Source of the DNA: Kiritimatiellales bacterium
GTDB lineage: Bacteria; Verrucomicrobiota; Kiritimatiellia; Kiritimatiellales; Pontiellaceae
Direction of reading: 5' to 3'
Length of the DNA stretch: 64,000 nucleotides
NCBI GenBank assembly: GCA_003230915.1
Contig: QIHI01000055.1
Span: 2,282 to 66,281, forward strand
Position 1 is the first letter of the stretch, and each line of letters begins with the position of its first letter. A program made the position numbers and the translations under genes. Of this stretch, positions 18,659 to 27,776 are shown one piece after another. The notes beneath the pieces were generated by a model that was given only the letters and a program-made list of their open reading frames with translations, searched no databases and was not told the DNA's origin.

Positions 18659-19905
18659 TGACCGCCGCAGTCAGAGCCCTGTTTGCAAGAACGACGCAGG
18701 GCATCAAGCCTGAGCTTGAAATCATCACTGAGGTATTAAAAGCCTTGGGAAATCCGCATCGCAGATTGGCGGTAATTCATGTGGCCGGTACTAACGGAAA
18801 AGGTTCCGTCTGCGCCATGCTTGAGTCTGTCCTGCGCGCTTCTGGCTTTAAAACCGGACTCTACACTTCACCACATCTCATCGATTTTTCCGAACGCTTC
18901 CGTATTAACGGGGTGTCGATTCCGGAAAAAGAGCTAGAGAATTACATCCACCTATTGGAGGCTGTTTCTGAGAAAGTGGCAGTGGAAAGCGACCAGCGGC
19001 CAGCCACTTTTTTTGAAATCTCCACCGCCATTGCCTTCCAATATTTTTCTGATGAAGTTGTTGATATCGCCATCATCGAAACCGGAATGGGCGGTCGATG
19101 GGATGCAACTAATGTAATCATCCCGTTGATCTCTGTAATTACACATATCGATATCGACCATACTAACTTTCTCGGCAACACCATCGAAGCGATCGCTGCC
19201 GAGAAGTCCGGAATCATTAAGTCTGATCGTCCTGCCGTCTCCGCCCCGCAGGCCGATGTGGTCATGGCCGAGTTACGCAAGCCCGGTGTTCCACTCATTG
19301 AAGCCTCCGAGGTTGTTTCGGTGGTCAAAACCGGATTTCCACAGAAGCTGAAAATCGAAACTCATTCGCGTACCCTGCCGCCGATTAATCTGCCATTGCT
19401 AGGCGAATGCCAACGCGAAAACTGCGCGGTTGCGGTCGCCACGTTGGAACGGTTAGCTGATATGCTTGATTTTGAACCGGAGTTCAAGCGAGGGATGGAA
19501 TCGGTGGAGTGGGGGGCGCGATTTCAAATATTGGAAACCGATCCGTTGATCATTCTTGATGGTGCGCATAACCCGTCGGCCGCGCGTGCATTGGTTAAGA
19601 CGCTCAAAGAAAACTACCCGAAACATCAGGTGGGTTTTCTTCTGGGCTTTCTTAAGGATAAGAACACGGAAGAATTCCTACGTGCAATCAGGCCGCTAGC
19701 CTCCAAGGCATGGACGATTCCGATCGACGCACCGCGCGGCACAACGGCCGAACACTCCGCCGCTCAGGCGCAATTGGCGGGAATCATTGCAGTTCCCGGG
19801 AGCGTTTCCAATGGGTTAAGTGCGGCCCGCGAGTGGGCATCCGCCGAGCCGAGGCGGCTCGTTTGTATCACCGGATCGCTCTATCTGGTGGAGGCGGTGG
19901 GCTAG
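18658..19905 (+). CDS. folC: Folylpolyglutamate synthase/dihydrofolate synthase
   Basis: HVAGTNGKGS, YTSPHL, ETGMGGRWDATN, LDGAHNP, TGSLYLV. Confidence 0.94.
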   Translation: MTAAVRALFARTTQGIKPELEIITEVLKALGNPHRRLAVIHVAGTNGKGSVCAMLESVLRASGFKTGLYTSPHLIDFSERFRINGVSIPEKELENYIHLLEAVSEKVAVESDQRPATFFEISTAIAFQYFSDEVVDIAIIETGMGGRWDATNVIIPLISVITHIDIDHTNFLGNTIEAIAAEKSGIIKSDRPAVSAPQADVVMAELRKPGVPLIEASEVVSVVKTGFPQKLKIETHSRTLPPINLPLLGECQRENCAVAVATLERLADMLDFEPEFKRGMESVEWGARFQILETDPLIILDGAHNPSAARALVKTLKENYPKHQVGFLLGFLKDKNTEEFLRAIRPLASKAWTIPIDAPRGTTAEHSAAQAQLAGIIAVPGSVSNGLSAAREWASAEPRRLVCITGSLYLVEAVG

Positions 19906-19906
19906 T

Positions 19907-20989
19907 CTATTTCTGGGATTGCTGGAGCATTAGAATCATTTGCTGGAATTCATCGGACTCGCGGAGTTGATTGAATTCAGAGCTGTTCATGTGGCCGAGG
20001 GCGGCGTTTGGGTCGGATAGCTGTATACCACGTTTAAAGGCTTCGATGGCCTTGTCCGGCCGGTTGTTGTGTGTTTCGACCTGACCCAGCAGGAAGTAGA
20101 GGACGGGAACATCGGTGATCTGTTGGGTCAAACTTTGGAGCCGAATGGCGGCCTCTTCCCACCGACCGATTTTGGTGAGGTAGAGAGCAAGGCTATGTTG
20201 TGTGTCGAGATCCATAGGACGCAGGTCTATATATTTTTCGTAGGCCGCCACAGCTTCGTCTGCGCGATTCTGTTGTTTATAGAGTACGGCCATATTTTTC
20301 TGGGGTTCGGCATAGGCCGGCTGCATTTCAATGGCTTGCTTTAGATAACTCTCCGCCCGGTCGTAGGCCTCGGCGTTAAGGCATGCCGCTCCAAGATTGT
20401 TAAGCACGTCCGGGGTGAGATCGGCTTCGGGGGTATTTTCCAGCAGGGTAAGGGCTTTGTTAAAATTCTCTAGTTTAAAGTAGATTGCGCCGAGCGGAAT
20501 TTTGATTCCTTCGAGATTGGGCAGAATTTCGAGTACGTTTTCATAGTAGCTGGCCGCTTCTTTGTTTTCGCCTAGGCTGGCGGCTTGCTCGGCGAGGATC
20601 AGGTTGAAGACGGCCTTTCGGATCCATTCGACGTTAAAAGGGCGCTCTCCTTCGCCGTTCCACTTCGGGCTTCCGTAGCTACGAGAAAAATCGAGTACCC
20701 ACTGGGATTCGGCCGGTAGTGAGTAACGTGGAATATATTCCTGCGTTATGGGAGTGGGAGAAGGTGCCACGGACTGGATTTTTACATATTCGCGAACGAC
20801 CACGTAGACCAGCGAGACAGACAGGACGAGTACGAGAAATCCAAGAATAAAACTGGTGAACTGATGGCGGCGGATATCGCGTTTGCGCTCTTCGAGGGCT
20901 TCGGCTGAAACCTGCGGCGTATAATCGTCTTTGGCGGTTCGGTCGGTGGCGTAGATATCTTGAAGATGTTGGCGTTTTCCAGAGTCCAT
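19907..20989 (-). CDS. Membrane-anchored tetratricopeptide repeat protein
   Basis: One N-terminal TM (FILGFLVLVLSVSLVYVVV) followed by several TPR-like helical repeats (LNNLGAAC...AESYLKQAIEMQP). Confidence 0.85.
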   Translation of the reverse strand: MDSGKRQHLQDIYATDRTAKDDYTPQVSAEALEERKRDIRRHQFTSFILGFLVLVLSVSLVYVVVREYVKIQSVAPSPTPITQEYIPRYSLPAESQWVLDFSRSYGSPKWNGEGERPFNVEWIRKAVFNLILAEQAASLGENKEAASYYENVLEILPNLEGIKIPLGAIYFKLENFNKALTLLENTPEADLTPDVLNNLGAACLNAEAYDRAESYLKQAIEMQPAYAEPQKNMAVLYKQQNRADEAVAAYEKYIDLRPMDLDTQHSLALYLTKIGRWEEAAIRLQSLTQQITDVPVLYFLLGQVETHNNRPDKAIEAFKRGIQLSDPNAALGHMNSSEFNQLRESDEFQQMILMLQQSQK

Positions 20990-21136
20990 GTATTCGTGTT
21001 CCCGTGTTTAGGCGTAAGGGTGAGATTTCTCCATAACGCCCCCTTAAATGCAATCCTAATATGCTCTGAGCTTCAGGCTCTGCCATTTTAATGGATTCAT
21101 CTCCAATGCCGTTTTTGTTTGCACGAGGAAGGTATG

Positions 21137-21803
21137 ATGGCATTTAGCATCGCCGAGATGATCCTGTTGGGTCTGTTGGTGGATTGGTTGTTCCGCAAAC
21201 TGCGGATGCAGGGACTGCTGGGCATGCTATTGCTGGGCGTTTTGTTCGGCCCGCATGTATTGGATCTGATGGAGCCGAGCTTACTGGAAGCTTCGGCGGA
21301 TCTGCGCATGATTGCGCTGATCGTTATTCTCCTGCGAGGAGGCTTTGAGTTAAGCCAAGAAGTCCTGAACAGAGTGGGGTTTCAGGCACTGTTGCTTTCG
21401 TTTATTCCAGGCATTATGGAAGGCTCAACGATTGCGCTACTGGGACCGCATTTCCTTCCGTTAACGCATCTGGAGTCGGCCATGTTGGGTTTCATTATTG
21501 CGGCGGTTTCGCCGGCGGTGGTGGTTCCCATGATGATCCGCTTTATCGAGCGGCGCATGGGTACAAAGAAGGGGATTCCAACGATGGTGATGGCGAGGGC
21601 TTGCTGATCGGTTGGTTACTGCTGAAGCTTTTTGATCGCTTCAATCCTCATGCCACAAAACGCACCTTGATCGTGGTCGGACTCTCGATCACCTTGGTTC
21701 ATGTGCAACAAGTACTGGAGGGATTTTCCCGTTCGCGGCATTGTTGGCCGTGATGGCCATCAAGTGGGTCGGCGAACAAGTGCTTGAAGCTGAGAAGGAT
21801 TAG
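21137..21803 (+). pseudogene. Cation:proton antiporter pseudogene (deletion, frameshifts, truncation)
   Basis: The intact N-terminal part (IALIVILLRGG, AVSPAVVVP, KGIPT) stops at 21607. Homologous text continues in other frames (LIGWLLLKLFDRFNPHATKR..., then IFPFAALLAVMAI) and ends at TAG 21801-21803, next to the tRNA-Met 3' end. Confidence 0.8.
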
Positions 21804-21810
21804 GTAAAAG

Positions 21811-21886
21811 TGGTGGCTGTGAGTGGACTTGAACCACCGACAAGCGGATTATGATTCCGCTGCTCTGCCAACTGAGCTACACAGCC
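21811..21886 (-). tRNA. tRNA-Met(CAT), elongator type (Ile2 not excluded)
   Basis: GGCTGTG/CACAGCC acceptor, anticodon arm GCGGA-AT-CAT-AA-TCCGC, GGTTCAAGTCC, CCA. It has G1:C72 and no 3 G-C anticodon pairs, so it is not an initiator. Confidence 0.93.
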
Positions 21887-22081
21887 ATTCCCTCGAAAAG
21901 AGAGGCAGAAGATAGTTAAACCCCCTGTGCTTGGCAAGGCCATTATCTACTCTTTTTCTGCTGTTCTGGTCGGACGAGTTGGCTGAGCGGGCACCCGTCG
22001 TATTCAGGCCGAGTTTTACAGTATTCCTGCCCCAGGCGCACTGTTCTAGCGCAACGAGGTAGGAGGTCTCGTCTACATTTT

Positions 22082-23620
22082 TTAGAAATCAACGATGTTG
22101 GAGATGTGGGCTTCCAGTTCGTTGATCGGTAGGCGGATCTGCTCCATGGTATCGCGGTCGCGGACGGTGACGGTATCGTCCCTTTCGATGGTATCGAAGT
22201 CGATGGTCACGCACAGCGGTGTTCCAATCTCATCCTGACGCCGGTAGCGACGGCCGATGGCTCCGGTCTGGTCGTAGAAGCATTTCCAGCGTTTGGCGAG
22301 TTGCTCATAGAGACAGCGCGCTTTTTCAACGAGCAGCTCCTTGTTCTTGAGCAACGGCAGGATGGCCACCTTGTACGGCGCGATGCACGGGGAGAAGCGC
22401 AGGACGGTGCGGGCTTCGTAGCCTTCGGGTGCGCGCTGAACGCCGACCTCGGCGGTAAGTACTTCTCCACCGTCTTTTGGAATCCATTCTTCGCGGTAGG
22501 CTTCGCATAGCAACGCGAGGGCAATGCGATCAACACCAGCGGACGGTTCGATGACGTGGGGGATAAAGCGTTCCTTGGTCTCCTCATCGAGATATTCGAG
22601 TTTCTTGCCGCTGGCTTCCTGATGCTGTGTGAGATCGAAGTTGCCGCGTGCGGCGATGCCTTCGAGTTCCTGCGTGCCGAATGGGAAGTCGAACAGGATA
22701 TCGGTGCAGGCGCTGGCATAGTGGGCGAGGGCATCGCCTTTATGAATATCGCGATGCATACGGCCTTCGGGCAGACCCACTTTTTCGTACCACTTCAGGC
22801 GCTCGGCCACCCAGTATTCGTGCCATTCGGAATCGGTGCCGGGCTTGATGAAGAATTCGAGTTCCATCTGCTCGAATTCGCGCGAGCGGAAGATGTAGTT
22901 TCGCGGGTTGATTTCGTTGCGGAACGCCTTGCCGATCTGCGCGATGCCGAAGGGAATTTTGTTGCGGACGGTGGAGCAGACGTTACCGAACTGGGCAAAG
23001 ATACCCTGTGCGGTTTCAGGGCGGAGGTAGGCGATGTTGCTGTTTTCTTCGACGGGACCGACGTAGGTTTTGAACATTAGGTTGAACGCGCGCGGCTCGG
23101 TGAGCGTGCCGGGTTCGTTGGTGTCGGGACCAACCAGCTTATCGTAGGCATCGAGCGGAATATTGAGCAGGGCGACCTGTTCGTAGTCCTCGACGTTGCC
23201 CTTGGCGATTTTATTTACTTTTTTCTCGGCGGAACTGGGTGCGCCTTCGTGGAAGGTAAACATGAGCGCGTCGGTGTCGGTTTTGTGCTTGAGCACGAAG
23301 ATTTGGTCGGCTCTATACCGGCCTTTGGTTTCGCGACAATCGAGCATCGGATCCTTGAAGTTTCCAACGTGGCCGGAAGCTTCCCATACGCGCGGGTGCA
23401 TAATGATGGAACTGTCAAGACCCACAATGTCTTCTCGCAGCTGGGTCATTGATTTCCACCAGCAGGATTTAATATTGCGCTTCATCTCGACGCCAAGCGG
23501 CCCGTAGTCCCAGAAGCCGTTGATACCCCCGTAGATTTCCGATGTTTGGAAGATAAACCCACGCCGTTTGCACAAGCTGGCGAGGGCGTCCATTGTTACG
23601 TGATAGTCGTTTACTTTCAT
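22082..23620 (-). CDS. glyS: Glycine--tRNA ligase, homodimeric alpha2 type
   Basis: LCKRRGFIF...WDYGPLG, YLRPETAQGIF, AFRNEI, FRSREFEQMELEFF, HVIEPSAGVDR, C-terminal anticodon-binding domain (IGRRYRRQDEIGTP). Confidence 0.95.
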   Translation of the reverse strand: MKVNDYHVTMDALASLCKRRGFIFQTSEIYGGINGFWDYGPLGVEMKRNIKSCWWKSMTQLREDIVGLDSSIIMHPRVWEASGHVGNFKDPMLDCRETKGRYRADQIFVLKHKTDTDALMFTFHEGAPSSAEKKVNKIAKGNVEDYEQVALLNIPLDAYDKLVGPDTNEPGTLTEPRAFNLMFKTYVGPVEENSNIAYLRPETAQGIFAQFGNVCSTVRNKIPFGIAQIGKAFRNEINPRNYIFRSREFEQMELEFFIKPGTDSEWHEYWVAERLKWYEKVGLPEGRMHRDIHKGDALAHYASACTDILFDFPFGTQELEGIAARGNFDLTQHQEASGKKLEYLDEETKERFIPHVIEPSAGVDRIALALLCEAYREEWIPKDGGEVLTAEVGVQRAPEGYEARTVLRFSPCIAPYKVAILPLLKNKELLVEKARCLYEQLAKRWKCFYDQTGAIGRRYRRQDEIGTPLCVTIDFDTIERDDTVTVRDRDTMEQIRLPINELEAHISNIVDF

Positions 23621-23706
23621 AAGACTGGGGAGCATGCCCAAGCCGGATAAACCGGTCAAGGGTGAAGGGGTAAAACTATATTTATTTCCCCTTTTTTATC
23701 GGCTGC

Positions 23707-24186
23707 CTACTTTCGTTCCTTGGACTTGCGGCGGAGGTCTTGGAAGAAACCTTGCATGACGGCTTTGCAGTCGTTTTCCATCAGTCCAGTTTCGACTTCA
23801 ACGGCGTGGTTGAGGTCGGCGGTGTTGAGGATTTGGAATTTGGAGATGGCTCCGCCGCGGATGGGATCGGTCATGCCCCAGATTACTTTCTCGATGCGGG
23901 CGAGTACGAGAGCTCCGGCGCACATGGGGCAGGGCTCCTTGGTCACATACATTACTGCGCCATTGAGCCGCCAGTTGCCGACGGCTTGGGTGGCTTGGGT
24001 AATGGCGAGAATTTCGGCATGTGCTGTAGGATCGTTGAGGGTTTCGGTTTGGTTATGCGCCTTGCCGATCACCGCGCCGTCTTTAACGATCACCGCGCCG
24101 CAGGGTACTTCACCTTCTTCGGCTGCGATTTCCGCCTGCCGGAGGGCCATGCGCATAAACTGAATATCGGGCGAAAAGTTGTCCAT
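23707..24186 (-). CDS. tadA: tRNA adenosine(34) deaminase
   Basis: EVPCGAVIV, DPTAHAEI, TKEPCPMCAGA. Confidence 0.92.
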   Translation of the reverse strand: MDNFSPDIQFMRMALRQAEIAAEEGEVPCGAVIVKDGAVIGKAHNQTETLNDPTAHAEILAITQATQAVGNWRLNGAVMYVTKEPCPMCAGALVLARIEKVIWGMTDPIRGGAISKFQILNTADLNHAVEVETGLMENDCKAVMQGFFQDLRRKSKERK

Positions 24187-24445
24187 TGGGCTGAGTCCTA
24201 AATCATGATTCGGTGGATCAATTAAGCATCTCATCGTTTTTCTCACTGATGTTCAAATTTAAAATGGTATCGGTAGGCGTTAAATTAAAAAGCCCAAATT
24301 TTCTGGGGCAGATGTATTTCATACCGACCCTCAAAAGACCCTCTACCAAAATGTACTCATTTCGGTTCAGAGGCTTGCTCTTGCCTGTCTGGGTGCTACC
24401 TTTTCTTTAGTTCTATGTCGACAAGTCTAACGGAGCATATAAATC

Positions 24446-24604
24446 ATGGAACCATTCAAAGAAGTGGCCACGGCATTCCAATGTCTTGGGAAATATCTGG
24501 GCGAGGAGCCGTATGGCTCGGATCAGATCAGCAGTATGTTCAAGGTGATCTTTGGGCGACGTTTGGATTTTTCACCAATAGATAGAGGGGAGTTTCGTGG
24601 ATAG
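24446..24604 (+). pseudogene. N-terminal remnant of an aminoglycoside-phosphotransferase-family (sugar 1-kinase-like) gene
   Basis: GGAG RBS plus MEPFKEVATAFQCLGKYLGEEPYGSDQISSMFKV, resembling the family N-terminus (F-Q...EPYGxGHINDTY). Stops after 52 codons. Confidence 0.55.
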
Positions 24605-25265
24605 ACGTCCAGTCATTCAGGCGGTTTACAGTGACGGGGAACCCTGTGCCGAGGTGTGGGACAAGGCTCCGGGATATCGGCTGGCTTTGAGTCAAGACTG
24701 CAGCGGAGTCCTATATGAGGGCGGAGAGGTTCGGTTTGCTTGGAATGAGCGGGGGCTAGTTGTACGAGCCGAACTGGAAGACTCCTGCCTGATAGCAATA
24801 AACCGGCAGGACGAGCAGTTGCACTACCTGTGTGGCGATGTGTTCGAGCTGTTTGTGAAGCCGCTGAACGAACCATACAAATGGGAAATGTATGCCACGC
24901 CTGCTGGAAATAAGGCTACGCTTTTTTTCCCGACTTGGCCGACAGAGCTGTCCCCAGAGGAAGGCTTGCTTGATCATGATTTCCGAGGGCTCGGCGTGTG
25001 GGTGGAGGAGACTTCCATCGGTTGGACGGCGCAGATGTTTGTGCCGTCGGAGCAGTTGACTGCGCTCGGTGCTGTATGGGGATCGGAATCGGAGTGGACG
25101 ATCTTTTGCGGACGCTACAATTGCAATACGGAAGACCTTAAAAATCCAGAGATGAGCATGGCTCCGGCTCTCTCAAAGACCAATTACCATTTGGGCGAGG
25201 AATACGCCGTGCTGGAATTTTTGGAAATGAATACTAAATCCGTTTACCGCAGGGAAAAAAAATGA
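24597..25265 (+). CDS. Carbohydrate-binding family 9-like (DOMON-type) protein
   Basis: VRFAWNERGLVVRAELED, GDVFELFV, WTAQMFVP, CGRYN, YHL...Y pattern. GTG start. Confidence 0.65.
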   Translation: MDRRPVIQAVYSDGEPCAEVWDKAPGYRLALSQDCSGVLYEGGEVRFAWNERGLVVRAELEDSCLIAINRQDEQLHYLCGDVFELFVKPLNEPYKWEMYATPAGNKATLFFPTWPTELSPEEGLLDHDFRGLGVWVEETSIGWTAQMFVPSEQLTALGAVWGSESEWTIFCGRYNCNTEDLKNPEMSMAPALSKTNYHLGEEYAVLEFLEMNTKSVYRREKK

Positions 25266-25421
25266 AACCAACTCTCGTAATCATGGCCGCAGGTATTGGA
25301 AGCGGCTACGGCGGGCTGAAGCAAATCGATCCGGCCGGGGCTATCCGGTAAAATCGTGCTCGATGGAATGAGCAAGAACGGCGAAGCCACCGTCGAGGTC
25401 TTACCCACCAATGAAAAGTGG
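25262..25421 (+). pseudogene. Sugar-phosphate nucleotidyltransferase remnant with a large internal deletion
   Basis: MKPTLVIMAAGIGSGYGGLKQIDP (family N-terminal motif AAGxGSRYGGLKQ) is joined out of frame to ...KNGEATVEVLPTNEKW (family C-terminal segment). Confidence 0.8.
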
Positions 25422-25464
25422 ATGAGTTTAGGTGTTATTATGGCAAGGTGCTTGTTGCATAAGA

Positions 25465-25497
25465 AAAGCCCTGTAAATGGTTTGTTTACAGGGCTTT
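25465..25497 (-). terminator. Terminator after tRNA-Lys
   Basis: 13-bp stem AAAGCCCTGTAAA/TTTACAGGGCTTT. Confidence 0.8.
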
Positions 25498-25502
25498 AAG
25501 AA

Positions 25503-25578
25503 TGGTGAGCCGGCTGGGGCTCGAACCCAGGACCCTTTGATTAAAAGTCAAATGCTCTACCGACTGAGCTACCGGCCC
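25503..25578 (-). tRNA. tRNA-Lys(TTT)
   Basis: GGGCCGG/CCGGCTC acceptor, anticodon arm TTTGA-CT-TTT-AA-TCAAA, GGTTCGAGCC, CCA. Confidence 0.96.
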
Positions 25579-25757
25579 ACAAAATTTATGGTTTTATACA
25601 GGTCGAAATCATCTTCTCTCCTGTAAGGGAGCGGATGTTCTACCTAATCGATCCGAACGAGGCAAGTGCTAATTTCCTGTTTTCTTTTGTTTCCGGTTTG
25701 CACGCGATTTCGCTATGCTGTCCCTGTACTGGGAAAGCTTAAGGACGAGGGGTAGGC

Positions 25758-26996
25758 ATGAATGTGGTGGGATTGATTCTCGGAGGCGGCGCAGGGAGCC
25801 GTCTACAGCCTTTGACGCAAGAACGATCAAAACCGGCGGTTCCCATCGCCGGAAAATATCGATTGGTCGATATTCCGATCAGCAACTGCATCAACAGCGG
25901 AATCCGCAAGATTTTCCTGCTCACCCAATTCAACAGCGTATCGCTACACCAGCACATTGGAACCACCTTCCGGTTTGATCAGTTTAGCGGGGGACACGTG
26001 CGCATCTTAGCCGCCGAGCAGACGCCGGATTCGGAGGGATGGTTCCAGGGTACGGCGGATGCCGTGCGCCGTTCCATGCGTTATTTTACGGAAGAGTCGG
26101 TCGATTTGGTGGTGATTCTTTCCGGCGACCAGCTCTATCGGATGGACCTTCAGTCTGTAATCGATTCGCACGTAGCCCATGGAGCAGACTTAACGATCAG
26201 TACTAAACCGGTCGGGCGCGAGGAGGCGGGCTCGCTGGGCATTATGCAGGTGGATGAAACGGGGAAGATCGTCAATTTTTCGGAAAAGCCCGGCGATACA
26301 TCGAAACTCGACGAACTGCGGGCACCGCTCTACGAGGACGAGCGCTATCTGGCCAGTATGGGCATCTATGTCTTCAACATGGACGTGTTGAAAAATCTGC
26401 TGTGCAAAAACGATGAGTCCGACTTCGGCAAGCACATCATTCCGGACGCAATCAAGTCGCATAACGTCTATAGCTATATTTTTGACGACTACTGGGAGGA
26501 CATCGGTAGCATCCGCTCCTTCTGGGCTGCGAATTTGGCACTAACCGATGCCCTGCCCAGCTTTTCGTTCTACGATATGGCCTCGCCAATCTACACCCGC
26601 ATGCGCTATCTCCCGCCCTCGAAAATTAATGGGTGCGACCTTAGCCGATGCTTACTTAGCGAGGGATGCATCATTAGCGGTAAGCGCATCGACCATGCCG
26701 TGATCGGCCTGCGCGCGCTGGTGGGTGAGGGGACCGAGATCGATGATTCGATCGTCATGGGCGCGGACTACTACGAGCACGGAGAGATCAAACACGAGTC
26801 GGGAATTCCTTTAGGGATTGGCCAAGACTGCATCATCAAGCAGGCTATCATCGACAAGAATGCCCGAATCGGCGACGGCGTAGTTATTTCACCGGAAGGC
26901 AAACCCGCCGACGAAATGACGGATCTCTATTGGATTCGCGACGGCATCATCGTAATCCCAAAGAGCACCGTGATTCCATCGGGAATCGTTCTTTAA
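25758..26996 (+). CDS. glgC: Glucose-1-phosphate adenylyltransferase
   Basis: ILGGGAGSRLQPLT, RSKPAVP, WFQGTADAV, FSEKP, DFGKHIIP, YWEDIG, left-handed beta-helix C-terminus. Confidence 0.95.
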   Translation: MNVVGLILGGGAGSRLQPLTQERSKPAVPIAGKYRLVDIPISNCINSGIRKIFLLTQFNSVSLHQHIGTTFRFDQFSGGHVRILAAEQTPDSEGWFQGTADAVRRSMRYFTEESVDLVVILSGDQLYRMDLQSVIDSHVAHGADLTISTKPVGREEAGSLGIMQVDETGKIVNFSEKPGDTSKLDELRAPLYEDERYLASMGIYVFNMDVLKNLLCKNDESDFGKHIIPDAIKSHNVYSYIFDDYWEDIGSIRSFWAANLALTDALPSFSFYDMASPIYTRMRYLPPSKINGCDLSRCLLSEGCIISGKRIDHAVIGLRALVGEGTEIDDSIVMGADYYEHGEIKHESGIPLGIGQDCIIKQAIIDKNARIGDGVVISPEGKPADEMTDLYWIRDGIIVIPKSTVIPSGIVL

Positions 26997-27026
26997 ATAT
27001 CTTGTTTGTTAGGCAGAAATAGAGGC

Positions 27027-27055
27027 TTGTACAAAACCGAGCCATGCTGTAGCTT
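27027..27055 (+). promoter_or_regulatory. Sigma70-type promoter of the 27177-30092 operon
   Basis: TTGTAC-N17-TAGCTT. Confidence 0.45.
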
Positions 27056-27176
27056 CCCTCCCTTTTATTGCACGGCGACACATCGCCAAACTTCCACGAT
27101 TCCATTTCGGAGCTTGTGGCCGAGACGACGATGTATGTGCATGGAACACTGAAAACCTAACCAAAAGGAAGATATT

Positions 27177-27776
27177 ATGGGTTTATTTAACCTGTTTAAA
27201 GCAAGCAAGACTATTGTTGTAGTCGATGGCGTATCACTGAACGAAGCGCTGGGCATGAAGGGCACTGTCCCTCCGCGCAACCAACTACAAACCTTGCGTA
27301 GCCTCGCTCGCTTCTCGCAGCGCGAAAAGATCGAGGTGGTTGCGGTACTGAGCGGCAGCCCGCTCCACAAGGCACCTGCCGGAAAAAAATTCGAAGACAT
27401 CACGGTGGTCTATAGCAAGACGGCCGAAGCGCACTCCAAATATGTCGTGAAGGTCGCCAAGTCCAAGGGGCTGGGTGCAATCCTAATCTCGGGCAATGCA
27501 ACGGTTGAAAAGGTGGCCGGAAGCGGTGTGAAGATGATGCGCATGAGCACCTTGCGAAAGATGTTTGATGCCGGTGGCGAGGGCGGAGAAGGCTCCGATC
27601 GTCCTGCCCGTTCCGAGCGCAGTGGTGGAAGCGATCGCAACAAGAACCGCAATCGGCCTCCGCGTCAACGCCAGCAAAAGCCGGCCGCCGAGAAACAACA
27701 GCAGCAAGAGCGTCCGCCGAAGAATGAAAATCCGGAATCCGACGCGATCAACGAACTGATCGATCTGGTTGATTAG
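27177..27776 (+). CDS. Hypothetical protein with a possible degenerate NYN/PIN-like fold and a disordered charged tail
   Basis: IVVVDG first strand and alpha/beta pattern. Arg/Gln/Glu-rich C-terminus. AAGGA RBS. Confidence 0.6.
   Translation: MGLFNLFKASKTIVVVDGVSLNEALGMKGTVPPRNQLQTLRSLARFSQREKIEVVAVLSGSPLHKAPAGKKFEDITVVYSKTAEAHSKYVVKVAKSKGLGAILISGNATVEKVAGSGVKMMRMSTLRKMFDAGGEGGEGSDRPARSERSGGSDRNKNRNRPPRQRQQKPAAEKQQQQERPPKNENPESDAINELIDLVD

Noticed and set aside
20990-21136. Fluoride, Na+ or Li+ riboswitch upstream of the antiporter pseudogene
   Set aside because: Only a loose GGC-x-TGGAG resemblance, on the wrong strand, and the required pseudoknot elements were not found.
21811-21886. Initiator tRNA-fMet
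   Set aside because: It has a G1:C72 pair and lacks the three consecutive G-C pairs in the anticodon stem.
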